A stretch of 64,000 nt of DNA from NCBI GenBank assembly GCA_963740355.1, contig CAVUDW010000002.1, positions 1-64,000 on the forward strand, written 5' to 3'. The stretch comes from an uncultured Gemmatimonadaceae bacterium (GTDB taxonomy: Bacteria; Gemmatimonadota; Gemmatimonadetes; Gemmatimonadales; Gemmatimonadaceae). The translations under genes and the position numbers were made by a program. The notes below the pieces were generated by a model, which was not told the DNA's origin, made no database searches, and saw only the letters and a program-made list of their open reading frames with translations. Position 1 is the first letter of the stretch. Every line of letters starts with the position of its first letter. Of this stretch, positions 27,529 to 37,395 are shown in pieces.

Positions 27529-30420
27529 ATGACTGCGCCTGTCCCAACCGAACCCACGTCGCCACGCCTGTTCCTGGTGGACGGCTACGCGCTGATCTAT
27601 CGCGCGTTTTTTGCCCTCATCAACCGTCCGCTGAAAACCAGCCACGGTCAGAACACGTCGATTGCGTGGGGCATCGCGAACTTCCTCAATCGCCTCGTCA
27701 AGCAGCATCGACCGGAATACCTCTGCTGGATCCACGACTCTGGCGCGACTTTTCGCGACGAGATGTACGCGGACTACAAGGCGACGCGCGAGAAGCTGAC
27801 GGACGACCTCCAGGCGGATTTCGATCTCGGCCTCGAACATGTGCGCGCGCTTCTGGATGCGTACGACACGCCGATCATTGCCATCGATGGCTTCGAGGCC
27901 GATGACGTCATCGGTACGCTGGCCAAGCAAGGCGTGGAGAATGGCCTGAACGTCGTCATCGTCTCTGGCGACAAGGACTTTCACCAGCTCGTGCGCCCCG
28001 GAGTGTGGCTCCTCAATCCCGGACGTGGAGGGCCGGCCAGTGTGGATGAACACTGGGTCGGTGTGGAAAACGGCAGTGAACGACTCGGCGTGCCGCCCGA
28101 TCGCACCACCGACTACCTCGCCCTCGTCGGCGATGCGTCGGACAACGTGCCTGGCGTGAAAGGCATCGGTGAGAAGGGCGCACAGGAGCTGATCAAGGAG
28201 TACGGCGACCTCGACGCGATCCTCGCCAATGTCGCGAACATCACCAAGAAGCGCCCGCGTGAAGCGCTCGAGCAGCAGGAAGCCGAAGCGCGGTTGTCGA
28301 AGGCGCTGGTCACCATTCGTACCGACTGTCCCGTCACAATCGATCTCGATCGACTGCGCTTTCACCAGCCGCACAAGAATCAGTTGCGCCAGGTGTATGT
28401 GGATCTCGAGTTCACGTCACTCGCGCGCCAGCTTGGTGATGAAGTGCCGGCGTCGAAGGGCGCCGTTCCATCCAGCAGCGACGATGCGCCGATGGACGTG
28501 GTGGCTGAATCAGCAGTCGAGGCAGTGCCCGCCATCCCCGTCACCTATCGCAGCGTGACCACCGTCGCGGAGCTGTCGGCGCTGGTGCAGCGTTGTCGCG
28601 ACGTGAAGGCCATCGCGTTCGACACCGAGACCGTGCTCGACGCGGAGGCACCTGGCACCATCAACGCGATGCGTTCACGCGTGGTTGGCATCGCCATTGC
28701 CACGGCGCCCGGTGAGGCGTGGTACTTGCCGTTTCTTCATGTCCGCGCTGGTGCCAATGTGCAGGGCGACCTGCTCGATCCCGAGGCGCACACGATCGTC
28801 GCGGCGCCGGAGAACCTGCCGCCGCTCGACAGTGCCGAGTGCCGGCCGCTGGTCGAGCTACTCGAGGATGCGTCGGTCAAGAAGGTGGCGCAGAACGCGA
28901 AGTACGACATGCTCGTGTTGCGTCGCGCTGGCATCACGGTGCGTGGATTGATCTTCGATTCGATGCTTGCCAGCTACGTGCTGGATCCAGGGCGTCGTTC
29001 CCACGGGCTCGATGCGTTGGCGCTCGAGATTTTCGATCATCGCATGATTCCGTATGACGAAGTCACCGGGAAGGGGCGCAATCAGGTCACGTTCGACCGC
29101 GTGTCCGTCGAGGCCGCGACGAAGTACTCGGCCGAGGACGCGGACTTCACCTTGAGGCTGTACGAACACTTCGATCCCCTGATCGAGCTCGCCGGGGCAC
29201 GTCCGTTGCTGGACGGCATCGAGTTGCCGTTGGTGGGTGTGCTGGCGGAGATGGAGTGGGCAGGCATGGCGATCGACCTGTCCTGGTTCGCCTCGCTGAA
29301 GGAACGATTTGCCGCCGAGCGTCAGCGCGTGGAGCAGCTCATCTACACGTCTGCTGGCGAGACCTTCAACATCAACTCCAATCCGCAGCTGCGTGTCATT
29401 CTCTTCGAGAAGCTCGGGCTTCCGGTGAAGAAGAAGACCGCGACCGGTCCGTCCACCGATGCCAGCGTCTTGCAGGAGCTGGCGGATGAAGGGCACGAGC
29501 TGCCGGCGCTGTTGATGGAGTATCGCGAGATCTTCAAGCTCGAAGGCACCTACATCGACACCTTGCCGACGCTGGTGGATCCGCGGGACGGTCGCGTGCA
29601 CACCACGTTCAACCAGACCGTGGCAGGCACCGGGCGCTTGTCGTCCACCGACCCGAACCTGCAGAACATTCCGATTCGTCGCGAGCTCGGTCGCTTGATT
29701 CGGCGTGGTTTCGTGGCGGCGCCGGGGACGAAGCTGTTGGCTGCCGACTATTCGCAGATCGAGTTGCGATTGCTTGCGCACCTCTCGCAGGATCCTGCAT
29801 TCGTGTCGGCCTTCAACGCCGGTGGTGACATCCATAAGCAGACCGCGAGCATCATCTTCGGTGTGCCGGTGGAGGATGTGACCAGTGAGATGCGTGCGCG
29901 GGCGAAGACCATCAACTTCGCCACGATCTATGGGCAGGGTGCGCGTGCGTTGAGCCTGCAACTGAAGATCAGCTTTGCCGAGGCGAAGGAGTTCATCTCC
30001 ACCTACTTCGAGCGCTTCGCCGGCATTCGGGCGTTCCTCGATTCGCAGGTCGCGTTCGCACGCGAGAAGGGCTACGTGCAGACCATCTTCGGGCGCAAGC
30101 GATTCATTCCCGAGATCCAGGACCGGAACTTCAACACCCGTGCCTTCGGCGAGCGCATGGCGCAGAACTCGCCGCTGCAGGGTTCTGCCGCTGACCTGAT
30201 CAAGATCGCGATGCTGAAGATCGCCGATCGGCTTCCCGCCGATGGACATGGCGCGAAGATGCTGCTGCAGGTGCACGACGAACTGGTGTTCGAGGTGCCG
30301 ACCGACTCGCTCGACGTGGTGCGCGAGTTGGTCGTGTACGAAATGGAGCACGCTGCCGAGCTCAGTGTGCCACTGGTCGTGGCCACCGGATTCGGTGACA
30401 ACTGGCTCGATGCCAAGTGA
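27529..30420 (+). CDS. polA: DNA polymerase I
   Basis: 5'-exo LVDG..YRAFF, EADDVIG; FDTET exonuclease motif; TGRLSSTDPNLQNIP, ADYSQIELR, KTINF..IYG, QVHDEL. Confidence 0.98.
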   Translation: MTAPVPTEPTSPRLFLVDGYALIYRAFFALINRPLKTSHGQNTSIAWGIANFLNRLVKQHRPEYLCWIHDSGATFRDEMYADYKATREKLTDDLQADFDLGLEHVRALLDAYDTPIIAIDGFEADDVIGTLAKQGVENGLNVVIVSGDKDFHQLVRPGVWLLNPGRGGPASVDEHWVGVENGSERLGVPPDRTTDYLALVGDASDNVPGVKGIGEKGAQELIKEYGDLDAILANVANITKKRPREALEQQEAEARLSKALVTIRTDCPVTIDLDRLRFHQPHKNQLRQVYVDLEFTSLARQLGDEVPASKGAVPSSSDDAPMDVVAESAVEAVPAIPVTYRSVTTVAELSALVQRCRDVKAIAFDTETVLDAEAPGTINAMRSRVVGIAIATAPGEAWYLPFLHVRAGANVQGDLLDPEAHTIVAAPENLPPLDSAECRPLVELLEDASVKKVAQNAKYDMLVLRRAGITVRGLIFDSMLASYVLDPGRRSHGLDALALEIFDHRMIPYDEVTGKGRNQVTFDRVSVEAATKYSAEDADFTLRLYEHFDPLIELAGARPLLDGIELPLVGVLAEMEWAGMAIDLSWFASLKERFAAERQRVEQLIYTSAGETFNINSNPQLRVILFEKLGLPVKKKTATGPSTDASVLQELADEGHELPALLMEYREIFKLEGTYIDTLPTLVDPRDGRVHTTFNQTVAGTGRLSSTDPNLQNIPIRRELGRLIRRGFVAAPGTKLLAADYSQIELRLLAHLSQDPAFVSAFNAGGDIHKQTASIIFGVPVEDVTSEMRARAKTINFATIYGQGARALSLQLKISFAEAKEFISTYFERFAGIRAFLDSQVAFAREKGYVQTIFGRKRFIPEIQDRNFNTRAFGERMAQNSPLQGSAADLIKIAMLKIADRLPADGHGAKMLLQVHDELVFEVPTDSLDVVRELVVYEMEHAAELSVPLVVATGFGDNWLDAK

Positions 30421-30465
30421 GCCGTCGAGAGATGACCGATCACCTCAACCTGGCGTCGGCGTCAC

Positions 30466-30771
30466 GTGAGTGACGACGGAGCGACTCCCGATGCGGGTGC
30501 GACATATCCGCCGTGGCGCGAGTTCGCGTTGCGGCGGGATGGGATGATCCATGCGATGGACGGTGGACTCTGGCTACATCGGCATGTCTGGTTCGACACA
30601 CCGATGGCTCATCTCGTCAGCACCGATCGCGAGAAACTCCTGGCGTACGGCGCGAGCGTCGGACTGCCGGCGCATCGACTGCAGGACAAGCCGCTGAAGG
30701 ATCCGCGCACCGGCGAACGGCGCGCGGCATGGCACTGGGATCTCGTGGGCCGGTTCCTGCCGCCGAAGTAG
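30466..30771 (+). CDS. DUF4031-like small protein
   Basis: AHLVS..L..G...GL....Q......HWDL pattern. Confidence 0.6.
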   Translation: MSDDGATPDAGATYPPWREFALRRDGMIHAMDGGLWLHRHVWFDTPMAHLVSTDREKLLAYGASVGLPAHRLQDKPLKDPRTGERRAAWHWDLVGRFLPPK

Positions 30772-30814
30772 TCGGCGGGCTCGGAGAGGGGACTGCAGCG
30801 CGGCGCCGCCGAGC

Positions 30815-31345
30815 CTAGGACTTCTCGGATGCGGTCTTCATGGCCGCCAATCCCTTCTCGAAGTCGCCACCAATCAGGCCGTCCATGGTGACGAAGACCT
30901 GCATCACCTTCGACAGGAACGGGGATGGGCCGTACATCGCCCAGGTCACCTTGGTCGAATCCCCCTGTGGAGCGAGGGTGTATTCGGCTGTGCTGGTGCT
31001 GGCGATCGGCTTGAAGAAGTCGAGTCGCATCAGGACACGCGACGACGGTGTGGACTCGAGGATTTCCATGCGGCCGGCGCCGGCCTTCGAGTTGCCGCTC
31101 CACTCGTAGATCGCGCCCTTGCCCGTCGGCGCGCCAGTGATCGACCGCGACATGTTCGGGTCGAGATGCTCCCATGGCGACCAGACCCCGAAGTTGTGGA
31201 AGTCGTTGATCAGCGCAAAGATCCGCTCCGGCGGTGCCTTGATGGTCGTCGAGCGCTCCACGCGGAAGCTGTCCGGCTTCCGCGACGCGGCGAAGGCCAG
31301 GATCGCGATGATGCCGATTATGACGAGCAACAGCTGCTTGATCAT
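30815..31345 (-). CDS. SRPBCC (polyketide cyclase/START-like) protein
   Basis: VERSTTIKAPPERIF, WSPW, GAIYEWSGN..AGAGRMEI, IGGDFEKGL. Confidence 0.88.
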   Translation of the reverse strand: MIKQLLLVIIGIIAILAFAASRKPDSFRVERSTTIKAPPERIFALINDFHNFGVWSPWEHLDPNMSRSITGAPTGKGAIYEWSGNSKAGAGRMEILESTPSSRVLMRLDFFKPIASTSTAEYTLAPQGDSTKVTWAMYGPSPFLSKVMQVFVTMDGLIGGDFEKGLAAMKTASEKS

Positions 31346-31438
31346 CTGTATTCTCCAGCGATGGGTTGAGTGACTCGCGTGAGACTCCGCCGGCCACCTC
31401 GATTCATCGGTGCCGAATTCTGCTGATTCGGCACCACG

Positions 31439-32845
31439 CTACACTCGTGACACGTCGGACGCGATACTGGCTGCCTCGTCCCGCAGGCTGAAGAGCTCTG
31501 TGCGCAGCTTCAGCTGGAGCCCCGGATCCTCACGGAAATGGCGCCAGGCCAGCGCGCGACGCTTCAGCTGCCGCAGCCGTTCGGTGTATTGCAGGTCCCA
31601 CGACGCACTCGGGATCAGGGACGCCGCGTACAGCAGCGCCCACCACCCGCTCCCGGCCCACTTCCAGACGGCGACGGTCTGCAGCACGTAGAAGGCGGGA
31701 ATGAGGACGATGCCGAGCACGATGGTGTTCATGGCCAGCTGCGATCGTGCGTCCGATGTCTTTCGGCCAAGCCAGGTCGCAAGCCGGAAGGGCAGGAAGT
31801 GATTGATGCGGCCCCAGATCGCGAGCGGAATGCCGAATGCCGCCAGCAGCAGCTCCCGCACGACGAACCTGCCAGCCGCGGGCAGGCGCGTGTCGAGTGC
31901 CACATCGTCCAGTCGGATCCCCAGCTTGGTGGCCGTGCGGCGCAGCCCGAAGAGGCGACGCTGTACATGTCGCACACGCTCCTCGATACCGGATGACAGT
32001 TCGCCACGCGCCATCTGCTGGCGGATCACGTCGGCGCGTCGCGCCACATCGACCATTGCCGAGATCGGCGCGTCCGGATCACCGAGGGGGCGAATTTCAT
32101 CCGAGGTCGCAGCCAGCACGGTCGCGAGATCCAGCACCTCGTCCGCCTCGGCAGCGTCGCCGAAGTTCAGCGTCACTGCGTGCAGTCGTCGCGCGATCTC
32201 CGTCGTGAGCGCGTCCACCTGCGCTGACTCGGTCGACAGCGCATCGATGGCGATGGGCTCCGCCACCTCGACCAGCACACGCGACCGAAGTCCGTCCTTG
32301 CGCTCGTAGTTGATGCCGATCGGCACGATGTTCACACCCTTCACACCGGCGTCTCGCGCCGACAACGCGATCCGTGCGGCGCCGGTCTTGATCGGTGCCA
32401 GGCGTGGCTCGTCCCAGCTTCGACCTTCGGGGAAGATCAGAACCATCTGCCCTGAGGCGAGTGCGGCATGGATGGCGGCGAAGGCGTCGGCGTTGCGTGT
32501 GGCATCCATCGGTGCTGCCTGCAACAGCGCCTTCTCGTCCTGCGCCCGCCGCAGCGGCACCACGCGCATGTAGCGGAGAAAGGCGCCGACGAGCGGATTG
32601 CTGAAGAGTGTCGCCTTGCCTGTGAACGTGAGCTGTCGTGGAGCCACCAGCCCGGTGAAGATCGCATCCATCAATTCGTTCGGATGGTTGACGACGAGCA
32701 GCGTCGGACCCGACGCCGGGATCCGCTCGACACCATCGTATTCGACATCGCGGTAGTACCATCGCACCGCTTGCCGAGCGATGCCGGCGAGCAGGCGATA
32801 GCTGATGGTATCGCGCGGTGTGTCAGGTGCTGTTTCAGGTGGCAC
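31439..32845 (-). CDS. PlsC-family glycerolipid acyltransferase with C-terminal TM domain
   Basis: NHPNELMD (HX4D), IFPEG, KTGAARIA; start GTG 32845 or TTG 32911. Confidence 0.85.
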   Translation of the reverse strand: MPPETAPDTPRDTISYRLLAGIARQAVRWYYRDVEYDGVERIPASGPTLLVVNHPNELMDAIFTGLVAPRQLTFTGKATLFSNPLVGAFLRYMRVVPLRRAQDEKALLQAAPMDATRNADAFAAIHAALASGQMVLIFPEGRSWDEPRLAPIKTGAARIALSARDAGVKGVNIVPIGINYERKDGLRSRVLVEVAEPIAIDALSTESAQVDALTTEIARRLHAVTLNFGDAAEADEVLDLATVLAATSDEIRPLGDPDAPISAMVDVARRADVIRQQMARGELSSGIEERVRHVQRRLFGLRRTATKLGIRLDDVALDTRLPAAGRFVVRELLLAAFGIPLAIWGRINHFLPFRLATWLGRKTSDARSQLAMNTIVLGIVLIPAFYVLQTVAVWKWAGSGWWALLYAASLIPSASWDLQYTERLRQLKRRALAWRHFREDPGLQLKLRTELFSLRDEAASIASDVSRV

Positions 32846-34238
32846 TGGTGTCCGGCCGGATCGTGGCCTCGTCGGCGGCGCGTGCAGCGGCGGCGCCAGC
32901 TTTCTCGTCAACCATCGTCAGCAACCAGGCGCCGATCACGAAGAACACGATCACCGAGAGGATCGCAACGCGACTGCTGCCCGCCAACTGCGCTGCGACT
33001 GCGAAGGCGAGTGGGCCAAGGATGCCACCGAACTTCTCGAAGACGCTGAAGAAGCCGAAGAACTCACCGCTCTTGTGCTTCGGAACCAGTGTCGCGAAGA
33101 GCGAACGGCTGAGCGCTTGTGTGCCACCCTGCACCAGCCCGACCACGATCGCCAGTACCCAGAAATCGCGCGCCGTTTCAAGGAAGTAGCCGTAGATGCA
33201 GATGCCGGTGTAGACCAGCAATCCAAAGAATATCGACCGTTTGGCACCGAACTTTCCCGCCAGTGAACCGAAGGCGAAGGCCGCAGGAATACCGATGAAT
33301 TGCACCAGCAGGATCGCTGCGATCAGTTGACCCTGATCGATCTTCAGTTCGGTGCCGTAGACACTCGCCATCTTGATGATGGTTTGGATGCCATCGTTGT
33401 AGATGGTGAACGCCAGCATCATCAGGAAGGCCTGCTTGTAGTCGCGCAATTCACGCAGTGTGGTCCCGAGCCGCTGGATCGAGGCGCGAATCGGCGCGGT
33501 GCGCGTCGCTTCTTCCGGCTCGAGCAATCGCGGCGGCTCGCCCACGGCGCGCAGCACTGGAATGGCGAAGGCGAGCCACCAGGCGGCGACGGCGATGAAG
33601 CTGAGTCGCACGGGGAGCGTCGCCTGCGATGGTGTAAGGCCGTCACCGTGTGGCAGGCCTACCAGCTCGGGCTTCTGGATCACGAGCAGCGAAATCGCGA
33701 GCAGCAGGCCTCCGCCCACGTAGCCCAGTGCGTACCCGGCGGTCGAGACACGATCGATTTCTGATTCGTCGGCGATGTGCGGCAGCAGCGCTTCGTAGAA
33801 CGTCATGCTGCCGGTGGCACCCGCCAGCGACAGGATGAACGTGATCGAGGCGAACACCATGTCGCCGCGCTGGATGAAGAACATGGCGGCGGTGGCGCCG
33901 GCACCGAGCAGCATGAACGCGACCAGGAACTTCTTCTTCGCCGCCTTGAAGTCGGCCAGGGCACCAAGGATCGGGGCCAGTACCGCGATCAGCACCGCAC
34001 CGATCGTGTTGACGTAGCCCCACCAGGCCGATGCACGATCGGCGTCCATGGCTGAGGCCGCGACCTTGACGAAGAAGATCGGGAAGACGGCCGTCATGAT
34101 GATCGTCTGCATCCCCGAAATGCCCCAGTCGTACATCGCCCAGGCGCGGAGTTCCTTGCGGTGCAATCCGAGCGCGCTGAGCCATTTCGACGGAGCAGCC
34201 GTGGACGTCGAACTCCCGGCAGGCGGAACGTGGGACAC
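32835..34238 (-). CDS. MFS transporter, UMF1/Atg22-like
   Basis: RAWAMYDW, PILGALAD, GYALGYVGG, YNDG, GGTQALSRS, EFFGF. Confidence 0.9.
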   Translation of the reverse strand: MSHVPPAGSSTSTAAPSKWLSALGLHRKELRAWAMYDWGISGMQTIIMTAVFPIFFVKVAASAMDADRASAWWGYVNTIGAVLIAVLAPILGALADFKAAKKKFLVAFMLLGAGATAAMFFIQRGDMVFASITFILSLAGATGSMTFYEALLPHIADESEIDRVSTAGYALGYVGGGLLLAISLLVIQKPELVGLPHGDGLTPSQATLPVRLSFIAVAAWWLAFAIPVLRAVGEPPRLLEPEEATRTAPIRASIQRLGTTLRELRDYKQAFLMMLAFTIYNDGIQTIIKMASVYGTELKIDQGQLIAAILLVQFIGIPAAFAFGSLAGKFGAKRSIFFGLLVYTGICIYGYFLETARDFWVLAIVVGLVQGGTQALSRSLFATLVPKHKSGEFFGFFSVFEKFGGILGPLAFAVAAQLAGSSRVAILSVIVFFVIGAWLLTMVDEKAGAAAARAADEATIRPDTSAT

Positions 34239-34345
34239 AAAACCTCGGCGGGTAGGGGAATAGCGGGCGCGACGGAAACGGTAATCGGGCGACGGGCGAT
34301 CAGCACCGCGTTGCCGGCTGACCGGTGCACCCTATGTTTCTGCGC

Positions 34346-35338
34346 ATGGTGACACATCGTGCGTCGTTGGTGCGAGGAAGAAGCCGAGTTTCGCCTGCCA
34401 CTCTGGCCTGCGTCGCGGCGGCGGCGCTCCTCGCGGCCGGGTGCACCAAGGACCAACCGGAGCCGAAGGCGACCACCAGCCAGACGGCACCCGCGCCACT
34501 CTCGAAGCCGGTGGACTCCGCCGCGCCTGCCGCCGCAGTTCGCTGGAACGCCGCCGACGGATCGGCCATCTACGTCCCCGGCGACGGCGGCGTGGCACAG
34601 GTGATTCTGCCGCCGGTGCTGGATGACAGCGTTCCAAAACCGGCCAATGCCGTACTCCCGGCCGGCGCGGCTCCAGCCTCCGTCGATCTCTTCGCGCCAA
34701 CCGGTCGCATCGGCACGGTCTCACTGGGCGAGTTTTCAGCCTCCGCACAGCCGGAAGTGCACGAAGGCTGTGACGCCTGGCCGGTGGTTCCGCTGCGGGA
34801 GCTGGCCGGTGTCTCCACGCAGGGATGGCGACTGGCACTACAGGCCGGCGTGGCCGAGGCGATCCGTACCGATTCGATCGGCGGCATGTCGCGCAGCGAC
34901 TCGGCGCAGCTGGTGATTGCGATCAATCGCGCCGCCGCCCTGCTGCCCCTCGACAGCGCTGGCCTGCTCCGTCGCGTGCCATTCGGTGTCGCCCACGCCT
35001 ACCGAATGAAGCTGCCAGGTGACGTCGATGCGGTGGTCGCGGTGGTCGAGCGTCGCCTCAACATGGAAGCTTCGCCGAAGGTCGAGCGCAGCATTTTGGT
35101 ATTGGAGCGGGCGCCGAACGCGAAGGTCTTCAGCGCGGTCTGGCGTGACACGCAGTACGCCACCGAGGACGACCTGATTGCCGTCGACCTCTTGGGTGTG
35201 GTGCAGTTCTACGGAAGCTCCCGCCCCACGGTCTTCCTCGGCCTCGACTTCGGCGACGGTTCGCGCATCCAGATGCTGCAGCGGTCCGAAGGCGGCACCT
35301 GGACGCTTCGCTGGTCGAGCGCCTACACCGGCTGCTGA
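34346..35338 (+). CDS. Hypothetical lipoprotein
   Basis: LAAGC lipobox, Pro/Ala linker, C-terminal W..AYTGC. Confidence 0.65.
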   Translation: MVTHRASLVRGRSRVSPATLACVAAAALLAAGCTKDQPEPKATTSQTAPAPLSKPVDSAAPAAAVRWNAADGSAIYVPGDGGVAQVILPPVLDDSVPKPANAVLPAGAAPASVDLFAPTGRIGTVSLGEFSASAQPEVHEGCDAWPVVPLRELAGVSTQGWRLALQAGVAEAIRTDSIGGMSRSDSAQLVIAINRAAALLPLDSAGLLRRVPFGVAHAYRMKLPGDVDAVVAVVERRLNMEASPKVERSILVLERAPNAKVFSAVWRDTQYATEDDLIAVDLLGVVQFYGSSRPTVFLGLDFGDGSRIQMLQRSEGGTWTLRWSSAYTGC

Positions 35339-35340
35339 TC

Positions 35341-36261
35341 TCAGGCGGCGTCGGTGGCCATGCGAACCCCGAGCGCCGCCGGCGCGCGATAGCGACCCTT
35401 CGCCAAGGCCAGTGCGGCGAGCGTCAGCACATACGGCAACGCCAAGAAAATCTGGTAAGGAAGCTTCAGGTCGAGGGCTTGAAAGAGGAATTGCAGCGCG
35501 CTTGCCATGCCGAAAAGTAGCGCCGCCATCGCAGCACCAACGGGATTCCAACGACCCAGTGCAACAATCGCGATGGCGATGAACCCTCGTCCGGCAGACA
35601 TGCCTTCGGCGAACGTACCGACCTGCGCCAGCACCAGCGTTCCACCGGCCAACCCGCCACAGAGCCCGCCAAAGAGTGCGCCGATCGTCTGCACACGCCG
35701 CGGCGAGATTCCCGACGCGCGGGCGGCTGCGGGGTTCTCGCCAACGGCTCGTAGCGAGAGGCCGGCCTGCGTGCGGTAGAGCCACCACCAGATGATGGGC
35801 ACCAGTAGAGCTGCCATGTAGGTGGGAAGCGGTTGCAGGAACAGGGCGTGACCGATCACCGGGATGTCCTGCAACAACGGAATGCCGATCGGTGCGAGGG
35901 TCGGCGTCGTCAGTGCGGCACCCGAGTCACCGTACAACACACGATACAGGGTGCCGGTCAGGCCCAGCCCGAGCATCGTGATCGCGGTACCGGTGATGAT
36001 CTGGTCGGCGGCGAGGCCGATGGCGACGATCACAAAAATCATCGCAATCACCACGCCCGATGCCCCTGCCACCAACAGCCCAAACTCGGCACCGAAGGCG
36101 TTCGAGGCGGTCAGGCCAGCGAGGCAGCCGACGATGATCGCCCCCTCGAGACCGACATTGATGACACCGCTGCGTTCAGCCACCGTCTCGCCCAGTGCCG
36201 CGAGGAGCAGCGGCGTGGCGTTGCGTACGGACGCGTCGAGGAAATCGGCGAGCGCGCTCAT
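35341..36261 (-). CDS. ABC transporter permease (nucleoside/simple-sugar type)
   Basis: ATPLLLAALGE..ERSGVINVGLEG, RAVGENP.AA, AGRGFIAIA; ATG 36261. Confidence 0.92.
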   Translation of the reverse strand: MSALADFLDASVRNATPLLLAALGETVAERSGVINVGLEGAIIVGCLAGLTASNAFGAEFGLLVAGASGVVIAMIFVIVAIGLAADQIITGTAITMLGLGLTGTLYRVLYGDSGAALTTPTLAPIGIPLLQDIPVIGHALFLQPLPTYMAALLVPIIWWWLYRTQAGLSLRAVGENPAAARASGISPRRVQTIGALFGGLCGGLAGGTLVLAQVGTFAEGMSAGRGFIAIAIVALGRWNPVGAAMAALLFGMASALQFLFQALDLKLPYQIFLALPYVLTLAALALAKGRYRAPAALGVRMATDAA

Positions 36262-37395
36262 CGGGTGAACTCGCCGGTGGCGGCGGTGCTCAGTGGCAGG
36301 GAGGTGGAGCCGGGAGCACTGCTCGATTCGTCGGGGGTACGCGGGGTCCCCCCCCGATTCAATGATCGCGCCGCACCCACGCGTGTTGCAATCCATTCCG
36401 ACGCCAGCAACACCAGAATCACGCTCGCCTCCACCACACTCACCATCCCCGCCGGCACCTGCGCATCTCGCTGCATCGCCGTCGCGCCGGCCTCCAATGC
36501 ACCAAACACCACCGCCGACCCGATCGCCGACGCCGGATTGAGTCGCGCCAGCAGCGCCACCGCGATCGCCGTGTAGCCATAGCCAGGCGAGAGGTTTTCG
36601 TACAAGGCATAGGTGACACCCGTCACCTCCACGGCGCCGCCAAGTCCGGCCAACGCACCGCTGGTGATGAACGCCATCATCGTCACCCGCGTGACATCGA
36701 TTCCACCAGCACTCGCTGCAGCCCGACTGTTCGCCCCAGTCATCCGCAAGCGAAAGCCTGGCGCCGTGGCACGAAGGAACCACGCCATGCCGAGTGCCGT
36801 CGCCACCGCCAGTGCGACACCGGCGTGCAGGCGCGTGCCGGGGAAGATCCGAGGCAGGCGGAGCGCCGCATCAAGCAGCGATGACTGCGGAAAGGTGCGC
36901 GTCGGCTCCTGCAGCGGTCCGCGTACCAGCAGGCCGGTGATGTGCAACATGATCACGTTCAACATGATGGTGCTGATCACTTCCAGTACGCCGAATCGCA
37001 CGCGAAGCAGCGCCGCAATCGAGGCCCACGCACCACCAGCCAACACGCCGGCGCACAATGCCAGCAGCAATCCAAACACGCCCAAGCGCTGGTGACACGG
37101 TGACCGCCACTGCAGTGGCCGCGGCGGCACCAGCAAGCAACTGCCCTTCCGCGCCGATGTTCAGAATACCGGCTCGAAATGCAATGGCCACGGCGAGGCC
37201 AGCAAAAAGAAGCGGTGTCGCACGCACCAGCGTGCCGGATGCGATCACTGACCACGACCCGAACGTGCCTTGCCAGAGCGCCGAGAGCGACGTGCCGACC
37301 GGATATCCACTCGCTGCCAGTAGTGCCGCGAGGACGAGAACTGACAACGCTCCCGCCAATACCGGTTCCAGCAGACCACGCAGCAGGCGTTTCAC
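36258..37395 (-). pseudogene. ABC transporter permease split by an apparent 1-bp frameshift near 37083
   Basis: N-half (ATPL..GL, NIGAEGQ) in ORF 36871-37395; C-half (EVISTIMLN, GYGYTAIAVALL) in ORF 36258-37136. Confidence 0.8.
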
